Source of the DNA: a virus
Taxonomy: Duplodnaviria; Caudoviricetes
Strand: one strand, 5' to 3'
DNA length: 52,423 nt
IMG/VR virus record: IMGVR_UViG_3300020172_003900
Location: 1 to 52,423 of that record
Shown: positions 37,620-45,238 of the stretch, piece by piece
Numbering within the stretch: the stretch's first letter is position 1
Layout: each line of letters begins with the position of its first letter
Program-made: the position numbers and the translations under genes
Notes under the pieces: generated by a model
Databases searched by the model: none
What the model was told of the DNA's origin: nothing
What the model saw: the letters and a program-made list of their open reading frames with translations, nothing else

Positions 37620-37694
37620 TTGCGGGGGCGGGATTCGAACCCACGTAGTTTGGCTTATGAGACCAAGCTGGAACCAACTCCAGTCCACCCCGCG
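37620..37694 (-). tRNA. tRNA-fMet-like (CAT), copy 2
   Basis: C1:A72 mismatch; TTGGT-CTCATAA-GCCAA. Confidence 0.8.
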
Positions 37695-37798
37695 ATATAT
37701 CTTTGTCATCACTTCGGCCACATCGTGAAAGCCGCCCCTCACGCGTTGTTTAAAGGAATCCGATTGCGGCCTCATCCTACCGAGTTATGATAACTTTG

Positions 37799-37871
37799 TT
37801 GCGAGAGGAGGATTCGAACCTCCGACCTCAAGGTTATGAGCCTTGCGAGCTACCACTGCTACTATCTCGCG
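37799..37871 (-). tRNA. tRNA-fMet(CAT)
   Basis: C1:A72 mismatch; CAAGG-CTCATAA-CCTTG. Confidence 0.88.
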
Positions 37872-37877
37872 ATGTTG

Positions 37878-37951
37878 TGGAGATGGTGAGAATCGAACTC
37901 ACCTCAGATTGATTGCAAATCAATCTCGTCGGCCTTGAGACATACACCCCC
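37878..37951 (-). tRNA. tRNA-Ala(TGC)
   Basis: ATTGA-TTTGCAA-TCAAT; G3-U70. Confidence 0.85.
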
Positions 37952-37957
37952 ATCATT

Positions 37958-38239
37958 TTAAACGTTGTACTTATCTCCTAATTTATTAATTAGGTCAAGT
38001 TCTTCGTTACTCATTCTATGATAAGAATTGGCAATTCTATCACAAAACATTCTGTGGTCTTTTTCCATCCAACCCATTTTAGTGTCTGACACTAAAATAG
38101 ATGTACTTGAGATATGACCGTCCTCGACCAAAGCTATAATAAGCTCTTTAAGTTCTCGAGGTGAACAAGCGGTTAAAAAGTCGTCAACACTAACTTCAAT
38201 TTCCGCCTCAACTTCCACATAATCCGAAAATTCTGGCAT
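37958..38239 (-). CDS. Hypothetical protein
   Basis: 93-aa ORF between tRNAs. Confidence 0.6.
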   Translation of the reverse strand: MPEFSDYVEVEAEIEVSVDDFLTACSPRELKELIIALVEDGHISSTSILVSDTKMGWMEKDHRMFCDRIANSYHRMSNEELDLINKLGDKYNV

Positions 38240-38259
38240 AATTATTTTTTTTTAGTTTG

Positions 38260-38331
38260 TAGTCCGTGCGGGAATCGAACCCGCCTTTTATCCGTGAAAG
38301 GGATATGTCCTAACCGATAGACGAACGGACC
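38260..38331 (-). tRNA. tRNA-Glu(TTC)
   Basis: TATCC-CTTTCAC-GGATA. Confidence 0.92.
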
Positions 38332-38346
38332 ATTTAAAATCTTTAA

Positions 38347-38377
38347 CAAAGATACAACCAATATTTCAAAGAACAAA
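38347..38377 (-). promoter_or_regulatory. boxA-like element overlapping a consensus Bacteroidota promoter
   Basis: TTTG-N19-TATCTTTG with GTTCTTTGAAA (38364-38374) inside. Confidence 0.55.
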
Positions 38378-38391
38378 ATTTAAAACTCATT

Positions 38392-38426
38392 AAAAACAAA
38401 AAACCCATCTCTTTTGGAGATGGGTT
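38392..38426 (-). terminator. Attenuator terminator of tRNA array 2
   Basis: AACCCATCTC-CAAAA-GAGATGGGTT-TTTTGTTTTT. Confidence 0.85.
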
Positions 38427-38450
38427 CAGTGAATTCATAGTATAGGAATA

Positions 38451-38525
38451 TCACACCATCTCCATTGGAGTAGTCGCTTCAGTTCTATCTGTCCCACCTA
38501 TTAGTATGATATGTAATGTTTTCAT
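38451..38525 (-). CDS. Leader peptide 2 (24 aa) MKTLHIILIGGTDRTEATTPMEMV
   Basis: Last codons contain antiterminator TGGAGATGG; codons match array-2 anticodons. Confidence 0.75.
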   Translation of the reverse strand: MKTLHIILIGGTDRTEATTPMEMV

Positions 38526-38586
38526 TTGCAGTTTTATTCGTTTTTTATTAAATATACCTATATAACGTAAAAAGTCAAATTTTATT

Positions 38587-40404
38587 TTAAAAATTAAATC
38601 CAAGTTTACCTTTTAATGGTTTAAGTTTAGTTTTATTATTAGTTTTATTTGGTTTTTCTATTGGTTTTGTTTCATCTCGTCTATTAATTATAACATCCTT
38701 ATTATTACCAACATCTACCTTTCTAACAATTTTATTATTAGAACTAAGTAAAGATAACACGTTTTGTCTAACATTATTATTTGAAATGTTAGTCTCATCC
38801 ATTTTAAATTCTACGATAGTCTCAGGTTTTAAAACTTTTTCCTCAACAGGTTTAATATATTTTTTAATCTCAGGGTTTTTAGAATCTAAAACTCTAACTG
38901 AACTTGTTTTGTCTAATTTTTTAATTACTTCACTAATATTATGACTAACAATATCTTTGTTTTTTATAATATTTTTATTATTTGTTTCATTATTTAATAA
39001 TTTTACATATGTAAAATCTAAACAATTATAAATTGGTTCGAAATGTGAAGTTTTTAATTCTTCTAATGGTCCAAAATATTTTTTATTTCTGGACAATTGA
39101 ACATATTCTTTTCTTAAATCTGATTTAAAATTTGTTTTAGGGTCACTAGTTAAACCTTTACTGTGAAGTCTCCTATAAAATAAAACAGATTTAGTTAAAT
39201 TTATTTTAACTCCATTTTTTTGTATTCTACCCATAAAGTCAGAGTCCGCGGCGCACCTCCATCCTTCAAATCCATTTAAGTTAAGAAAAATTTCTTTATG
39301 TATACCAAAAACCCCTTCACCCCATAAATTATTATCTTTTTTTGATTTAATATTTTCTAAATTAAAATCACCTGAAAAATTATAAAATTTTGGTTTAACA
39401 CATTCAAATTCGGATAATTTACTAATTATTTCATTAATCATAGTTTTATCCATAATATCATCTGAATCAAAAAATAATAAGTTTTTTGATTTTGAATATA
39501 ATGTTAAAGTATTTTTAATGACATAAGGTCCTACATTTTCTTTGAAATAATAAAATTTAATATGAGGATTAAACTTATTTTGATTAACATATTTTAAAGT
39601 ATTTCTACAACTATCTATTCCCACCAAAACTTCAAAACTTATACTATCACCGCAAGACAAAATAACTGAATCTAAACATTCTTTTAAAAACTCAACATTA
39701 TCGTATGTCGGAACAATAATACTAATTTTCTTATCGGTTAAAACATCATTTGTTAATACTGTTTGTTTTAAGTCTGATTTATATTCATTATTATAAATTG
39801 ATTCGTTTATCATTTGTTGGGTAACAAACCCTGAATTATGTCTTACACAAATAATATCTATATTATTTTCAATTGCATATTTACCTACCCAAACATCTGC
39901 CATATTAGGTTCCCTAAAATAATCCATATTTACTTTAAATAAATCAGTATGAAAAGCCATAACACCAGTCCCTCCAAATTGGACTTTAGTGTCTTTATTT
40001 AAAAGTTGGTTAAAATGAAATAATTGATTTTTATCCGAATAATAACTTTTTATGGGAGGGTTGTTAAAATTTCTTCCGTGAATTGTTATAAATGATTTAC
40101 GTTTATATTCCTCAATTTTACCTATCATATATTCAGAATAATTTTCTGGATATATTAAATCATCATCAATAGTGAAAAAGTACCCTTCAGAATTTATTAA
40201 ATTGTAAAATTTATAGGCGTCTCCTTTATCATTATCACTAATAAATAAATTAATTTTTTTATCAAATAATTCCACAGGAATTTCATCATAATCATTTAAA
40301 GTCAAATTGATTATGTCGCATTGATTATATATCGAATTAATAGTATTAATTAAAGTATCTGCTCTTTTGTAGCTCGCTATGTTATATATTACTTTGTCTT
40401 TCAT
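38587..40404 (-). CDS. Double GT-A (family 2-like) glycosyltransferase with low-complexity C-terminal tail
   Basis: FTIDDDLIYP; ISIIVPTYD...FFDSDD; start at MKDKV coupled to upstream stop. Confidence 0.82.
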   Translation of the reverse strand: MKDKVIYNIASYKRADTLINTINSIYNQCDIINLTLNDYDEIPVELFDKKINLFISDNDKGDAYKFYNLINSEGYFFTIDDDLIYPENYSEYMIGKIEEYKRKSFITIHGRNFNNPPIKSYYSDKNQLFHFNQLLNKDTKVQFGGTGVMAFHTDLFKVNMDYFREPNMADVWVGKYAIENNIDIICVRHNSGFVTQQMINESIYNNEYKSDLKQTVLTNDVLTDKKISIIVPTYDNVEFLKECLDSVILSCGDSISFEVLVGIDSCRNTLKYVNQNKFNPHIKFYYFKENVGPYVIKNTLTLYSKSKNLLFFDSDDIMDKTMINEIISKLSEFECVKPKFYNFSGDFNLENIKSKKDNNLWGEGVFGIHKEIFLNLNGFEGWRCAADSDFMGRIQKNGVKINLTKSVLFYRRLHSKGLTSDPKTNFKSDLRKEYVQLSRNKKYFGPLEELKTSHFEPIYNCLDFTYVKLLNNETNNKNIIKNKDIVSHNISEVIKKLDKTSSVRVLDSKNPEIKKYIKPVEEKVLKPETIVEFKMDETNISNNNVRQNVLSLLSSNNKIVRKVDVGNNKDVIINRRDETKPIEKPNKTNNKTKLKPLKGKLGFNF

Positions 40405-41165
40405 TGAAAATACTCTGGGTACCAATTTTTAAATTTTTCAACTCTCCCTAAATTCGGGGTTCTTTGTTTTATTTCAGGATTTGTTTCATAGAAAAAAATA
40501 TCCCATAATGAGCCAATGTCTATTAAAAAATTATCATTACCATAATGAGGAAATAGTTCATCTATAAATACGTTTGTCGCCATAGACGATGAGAATAAAA
40601 CTATATTATCTTTAGTTAATACTTTTTTAATTTCACTTAAAATTTCCTCTTTTTTCTCATAACAATTCAAGGTAGGAACTTCAATAAACTCCTTAACCTT
40701 TAAAAACTTAATTTCTGATAGGTATTTTGGACCAACAATAATTAAATTATTTTCATTTAGAGTTGATACAAATTTGTTAAATGTATTATGGTCATCCCTC
40801 ATACTATGTTGTAAGAAATCTGAATATTGATAAACTCCATTCATCAAATCATTCTCGACTAACAATTTAGTATATTCTTTAAGGTTATCGTCATCAATCC
40901 ATTCCCCCAAATATTGTATAAAGTATTTTTTACCATCACTATGGTTTAAACTTTCATTAAGTTCCTTCCCCATTTTTGGAAAATAATCGTGATTATCACA
41001 GTTTTTAACAGAATTAATTTCAACACCGTCAAGTTGTTTAATTCCACATATTAATTCCCCATCATTAAATCTTGAATATGAGAAGTACTCTTTGTTAATT
41101 ATTCTATTCGTAAAATAATCCATATCATAATTAACGTATTTATTTTTTTTAAAATCCTCTATCAT
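40401..41165 (-). CDS. GT-D-fold-like glycosyltransferase
   Basis: FSYSRFNDGE, LIIVG, LIDIGSLWD. Confidence 0.6.
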   Translation of the reverse strand: MIEDFKKNKYVNYDMDYFTNRIINKEYFSYSRFNDGELICGIKQLDGVEINSVKNCDNHDYFPKMGKELNESLNHSDGKKYFIQYLGEWIDDDNLKEYTKLLVENDLMNGVYQYSDFLQHSMRDDHNTFNKFVSTLNENNLIIVGPKYLSEIKFLKVKEFIEVPTLNCYEKKEEILSEIKKVLTKDNIVLFSSSMATNVFIDELFPHYGNDNFLIDIGSLWDIFFYETNPEIKQRTPNLGRVEKFKNWYPEYFQ

Positions 41166-41869
41166 TATTTAGCTATTAATTTTTCAGTTTTTCTTAACTC
41201 AGGAAGTAGTTTTGATTCGTGGTCTCCGTGAATTGTTAAGTTATTTATTACGTGATACATATTTAAATCTAAATTATATAATCGTTTACTAATTTGTTCT
41301 CCCACACCACTACTCAAATTAGGGTTTTTATCCCATCTTGATGGGTTTATTGGTAACATTTTAAACTCTAAAGATTTAAAAAAAGAATATTTACAAATAA
41401 ACACCAATTCACACCATTGTGTTTTATAATATTCATCATATTCTATAGGATATACTCCTGTCCATTTAGGTTGGTTTCTCTGACTGTCAATCATTAAAGT
41501 TCCTAATGAAATTTTAGTATCGTCAGGGATATTTTCAAAAATTCTAACACTTTCCTCAAAGAAATTTTCTTTTAATCTTAAATCATCTTGTAGGTAAACA
41601 TAATAATCGGCGTTAATTTTTCCGCAAAATTTAAAAGTGTCGTCAATAACTTTCCATAATTTTTTCAATCCATTGTTTTTTATGTATTTTATATACTTAA
41701 CATCATAATCCCCCAAATCATAAATGTCATTACTCGCATCATCAAAGACTACAACATATATTTTATAATTTTTATTTTTAAAAATGTCATCTAATAACAT
41801 CTTTAACATTTCTTGACGATTATGTGTGGTTATTACAACACAAAAATCATATTTCTCATCATTATTCAT
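41165..41869 (-). CDS. Glycosyltransferase family 2
   Basis: VVITTHNR, VFDDAS, YVYLQDD. Confidence 0.82.
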   Translation of the reverse strand: MNNDEKYDFCVVITTHNRQEMLKMLLDDIFKNKNYKIYVVVFDDASNDIYDLGDYDVKYIKYIKNNGLKKLWKVIDDTFKFCGKINADYYVYLQDDLRLKENFFEESVRIFENIPDDTKISLGTLMIDSQRNQPKWTGVYPIEYDEYYKTQWCELVFICKYSFFKSLEFKMLPINPSRWDKNPNLSSGVGEQISKRLYNLDLNMYHVINNLTIHGDHESKLLPELRKTEKLIAK

Positions 41870-42354
41870 TAATATAATATTGTAAATGTTTTATCATCAC
41901 AGTCTATTGAAAAAGTGATTCTTTTATCAAATTTTTCAGACAAAAATAAAGACATATTTTTATCATTTTCTCTATTAGTATCATCAATAATTATTGGTAT
42001 ATTTTTATTAAATATATCATAATGATTTATGATATTAATTCTATTTTCACCAATAGGGCCATCTATTAATAATAAATCGTATTCTTTAGGTAATTTATCT
42101 TTTAATATCTCAACATCATACCAACCATCAACTAACGGAGCGTGGATATAAGTTGATTCAGGTACTAAATCAACCCATTTAATATCGTGTTCTACACTAT
42201 AAACATTATAAAATTTTACTAATTCTTTAGTACCACCCCCACTACCTAATTCAAGTATTGTACTCCCTTTTGGTAAGTTAGACAATATCCAATCAAAGAG
42301 CTCTTTTGAGATTGACCATCCTCCGAATGATTCGTAGTTTACATCACTATTCAT
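41869..42354 (-). CDS. Class I SAM-dependent methyltransferase
   Basis: ILELGSGGGT, SVEHD, DLLLIDGP, IIDD. Confidence 0.8.
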   Translation of the reverse strand: MNSDVNYESFGGWSISKELFDWILSNLPKGSTILELGSGGGTKELVKFYNVYSVEHDIKWVDLVPESTYIHAPLVDGWYDVEILKDKLPKEYDLLLIDGPIGENRINIINHYDIFNKNIPIIIDDTNRENDKNMSLFLSEKFDKRITFSIDCDDKTFTILY

Positions 42355-42407
42355 TTAATTCTAATTCTTACTATAATTATAACTATAATTATTTGTAAAT
42401 CTATAAT

Positions 42408-43238
42408 ATGAAAAAAACAGTAGGAGTAGTAGGTAATGGATTTGTAGGTGAAAGTATTTCATTTGCTTTTAGTCCAACCTCAGAAGTTAAAATTTACGAC
42501 ATTAATCCATTAAAAAGTCTAAACACTTTAGATGAAGTTATGAAACAGGAGTTCATTTTTATTTGTTTACCAACACCAATGTTAAGTGATGGTACCCAAG
42601 ACATCTCATTTATTGAAGACTTTTTTGGTGATGTAATTTACAATGAAAATACCGTCTTCATTATCAAATCAACAGTACTACCAGGTACTACCGAGTCTTT
42701 AATTAAAAAGTACGGTCATAACATCGTATTTTCACCTGAGTTTTTAACTGAAAGGACCGCTAAGTTAGATATGTTAACACAAGCTAGAATTATTTTAGGA
42801 GGTGAACCATCTTTAACTAAACGAGTTGAGGAATTATTCAATGACCGTTTTATGAATAGACACATTATTCATACTGATTCTAAAACTGCTGAGTTTGTGA
42901 AATATATGAATAATACTTTTTTTGCAGCTAAAGTTAGTTTAATGAATGAATATTATAGACTTTCTAAATTAATTGGTGTAGATTGGGAAAAGGCGTTATA
43001 CGGATTTGCATCTGATGGTAGAATTGGAGATTCTCACTTACACGTTCCAGGTCCTGACGGTAAATTAGGATTTGGTGGTACTTGTTTTCCAAAAGACATA
43101 AATGCGTTAATATCGATGGCTTCTGAAGTAGGTTGTAATATGAATGTGTTAGAAGCCGCTTGGAAGACTAATTTAGAAGTTAGACCTGAACAAGATTGGA
43201 AAGAGTTAAAAGGTAGGGCAGTTTCTGAAAAAGAATAA
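42408..43238 (+). CDS. UDP-glucose/GDP-mannose 6-dehydrogenase (short form)
   Basis: GNGFVG, CLPTP, KSTVLPG, SPEFL, GFGGTCFPKD. Confidence 0.88.
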   Translation: MKKTVGVVGNGFVGESISFAFSPTSEVKIYDINPLKSLNTLDEVMKQEFIFICLPTPMLSDGTQDISFIEDFFGDVIYNENTVFIIKSTVLPGTTESLIKKYGHNIVFSPEFLTERTAKLDMLTQARIILGGEPSLTKRVEELFNDRFMNRHIIHTDSKTAEFVKYMNNTFFAAKVSLMNEYYRLSKLIGVDWEKALYGFASDGRIGDSHLHVPGPDGKLGFGGTCFPKDINALISMASEVGCNMNVLEAAWKTNLEVRPEQDWKELKGRAVSEKE

Positions 43239-43262
43239 TATTTATAAATAAAGAAAATCGTG

Positions 43263-43370
43263 ATGAATATGAAATCATTAAATATGGGTCTTTTAGTACA
43301 GGATTATATTACGTCGGCACTTTTATGTGTTCGAGGAGTGACCTTACGCGATTTAGATAAACAAAAATAA
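43263..43370 (+). CDS. Leader peptide 3 (35 aa, 7 Leu) MNMKSLNMGLLVQDYITSALLCVRGVTLRDLDKQK
   Basis: ATATTTAT motif upstream; contains antiterminator GTGACCTT; precedes HNH and two tRNA-Leu. Confidence 0.65.
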   Translation: MNMKSLNMGLLVQDYITSALLCVRGVTLRDLDKQK

Positions 43371-43399
43371 ATTAAACAGAAAAACTAAAACGTATAAAG

Positions 43400-43433
43400 A
43401 AAGGTCACAAGAAATTGTGACCTTTTTTGTTTT
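43400..43433 (+). terminator. Attenuator terminator of the tRNA-Leu locus
   Basis: AAAGGTCACAA-GAAA-TTGTGACCTTT-TTTGTTTT. Confidence 0.85.
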
Positions 43434-43464
43434 ATTGGAAAAAAATTATTAAATTTGCCAAGAT

Positions 43465-43968
43465 ATGGAAAGAGTGTTAGTATTAAATGCAGATTATACC
43501 CCGTTAAACGTGACATCCTCACAAAAAGGATTTAAACTCGTATTCAAGGGTAAAGCGGAAATCGTTAAGAGTTCCGAAAGTCCTATTATTGCAGGATACC
43601 AAAACTATGTGCGTCCATTAATCATCCGTCTATTCAAATACGTTAAATTTAGAGTTAGAAATATTCGGGTTAACAGACATAGGGTGTATAGAAGAGATGG
43701 TGGGGAATGTGTTTATTGTGGGTCAACAAAACAATTGACGTTAGACCACGTTATACCTAAATCTAAAGGAGGTTCTAATGAATGGACTAATCTTGTTACT
43801 TGTTGCCATAAGTGTAACCTCCATAAGGCAGATAGAACACCTCAAGAAGCTGGAATGGTACTACGTAAAAAACCTTATGAACCTTCATTGTTTATTGACG
43901 TGGTTAACAATTCGTTGGAAAGAATTTGGGAAGATTATAAAAATTCTTTCGGGGTGTTGACAGTTTAA
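43465..43968 (+). CDS. HNH endonuclease (McrA-like)
   Basis: VLVLNADY, RDGGECVYCG, TLDHVIPKSKGG, WTNLVTCCHKCN. Confidence 0.9.
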   Translation: MERVLVLNADYTPLNVTSSQKGFKLVFKGKAEIVKSSESPIIAGYQNYVRPLIIRLFKYVKFRVRNIRVNRHRVYRRDGGECVYCGSTKQLTLDHVIPKSKGGSNEWTNLVTCCHKCNLHKADRTPQEAGMVLRKKPYEPSLFIDVVNNSLERIWEDYKNSFGVLTV

Positions 43969-43979
43969 AAAATACGCCG

Positions 43980-44002
43980 TACATTTGTACTGTTCTTTGA
44001 AA
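43980..44002 (+). promoter_or_regulatory. Promoter -7 box plus boxA-like element for tRNA-Leu
   Basis: TACATTTG 43980-43987; GTTCTTTGAAA 43992-44002. Confidence 0.6.
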
Positions 44003-44010
44003 TGAAAATT

Positions 44011-44096
44011 GCTCGGGTGGTGGAATAGGTAGACACGCCAGACTTAAAATCTTGTGGGCCGTAAGGCCCGTGCGGGTTCGATTCCCGCCCCGAGTA
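44011..44096 (+). tRNA. tRNA-Leu(TAA)
   Basis: CCAGA-CTTAAAA-TCTTG; long variable arm; A73. Confidence 0.92.
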
Positions 44097-44099
44097 CTA

Positions 44100-44368
44100 T
44101 GAGTTAGAGATACTCAGAAAGATTGGTCACATTCTTTAAAAAAGTGATGGTAGTAAAAAAATCCTCGACCTTAATGGGGTTTCGATTCGGATAAAACGGT
44201 AGCAAGGTTCAGCACCGCCGACGTATTGAGCTGACGGGTTTTATGTGGTAAGACACTAATGAAAAAGACTTATTGAATGAGGTAACTATATAGGTTATCA
44301 AACAACTTTAAGGGATATGTTTCTTCAAAGAGAAAAGAAACCGTTAAAATCTACTCTCTGTAATCTCA
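44100..44368 (+). ncRNA. Putative ~270-nt structured RNA between the Leu tRNAs
   Basis: Ends TGAGTTAGAGA / TCTCTGTAATCTCA are complementary with bulges; no ORF in track. Confidence 0.35.
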
Positions 44369-44381
44369 GGAGGGGCCAAAT

Positions 44382-44461
44382 ATCAGAGTGGTGGAATTGG
44401 TAGACACGTATGCCTTAGGAGCATATGCTACGGCGTGAGGGTTCGAGTCCCTCCTCTGATA
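44382..44461 (+). tRNA. tRNA-Leu(TAG)
   Basis: TATGC-CTTAGGA-GCATA; A73. Confidence 0.9.
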
Positions 44462-44481
44462 CTAAATTTTAAAATTTAAAT

Positions 44482-45153
44482 ATGGATTACGGAAAAGAAT
44501 TTAAGTCGTATTACACGAAACACTTGTACAAACCATCAAGTAATTTGGATTATTATTCAAAACAGATTGAGAACTCAATGACTCCATATATTTTGGAAGA
44601 AAGAGAGATGAGAGCAACTCAAATCGATATCTTTTCAAGATTGATGAGGGACCGTATTCTATGGGTCGCTGGTGAAGTGAATGATAATATGTCAACAATA
44701 GTACAGGCACAATTAATGTTCTTGGACTCTGCTGACACTTCAGACATCACAATGCACATCGATAGTCCTGGAGGTTCTGTTAAATCAGGTTTAAGTATGG
44801 TTGACGTTATGGATTATATCAAATGTGATATTCGTACCGTAAACACAGGTATGGCAGCTTCAATGGGTTCAATTCTATTGGGGGCAGGTACCAAAGGTAA
44901 ACGTTCTTCATTGAGGTTTTCTCGCACAATGTTACATCAGTCTTCAGGTGGATTCCGTGGTAACATTCAAGATGCGGAAATCGATATGAAAGAATGGAAA
45001 AAGATTAACGATACTTTATTTGAATTGTTAGGTTCTTATTGTGGTAAGACCGCCGCTCAAGTAAAGAAAGATGCAAGTCGTGATTTATGGTTATCTTCAG
45101 AAGAGGCTTTAAAATACGGAATCATCGATGAAATCGTAAAAACTAAGAAATAA
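44482..45153 (+). CDS. clpP: ClpP protease proteolytic subunit
   Basis: DIFSRLMRDRI, IDSPGGSV, GMAASMG (Ser), MLHQ (His), RDLWL (Asp). Confidence 0.93.
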   Translation: MDYGKEFKSYYTKHLYKPSSNLDYYSKQIENSMTPYILEEREMRATQIDIFSRLMRDRILWVAGEVNDNMSTIVQAQLMFLDSADTSDITMHIDSPGGSVKSGLSMVDVMDYIKCDIRTVNTGMAASMGSILLGAGTKGKRSSLRFSRTMLHQSSGGFRGNIQDAEIDMKEWKKINDTLFELLGSYCGKTAAQVKKDASRDLWLSSEEALKYGIIDEIVKTKK

Positions 45154-45183
45154 AAAAAAGGAGGTCAAATGACCTCCTTTTTC
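45152..45183. terminator. Bidirectional terminator
   Basis: AAAAAAAGGAGGTCA-AA-TGACCTCCTTTTT. Confidence 0.8.
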
Positions 45184-45238
45184 ACAGGAAAAAAATTACC
45201 CCTCCTTTTATTTATATTTATTTATAATAAACAAGCAA

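Noticed and set aside
44011-44368. Group I intron in tRNA-Leu(TAA)
   Set aside because: The tRNA is uninterrupted and the adjacent spacer lacks recognisable P/Q/R/S core sequences
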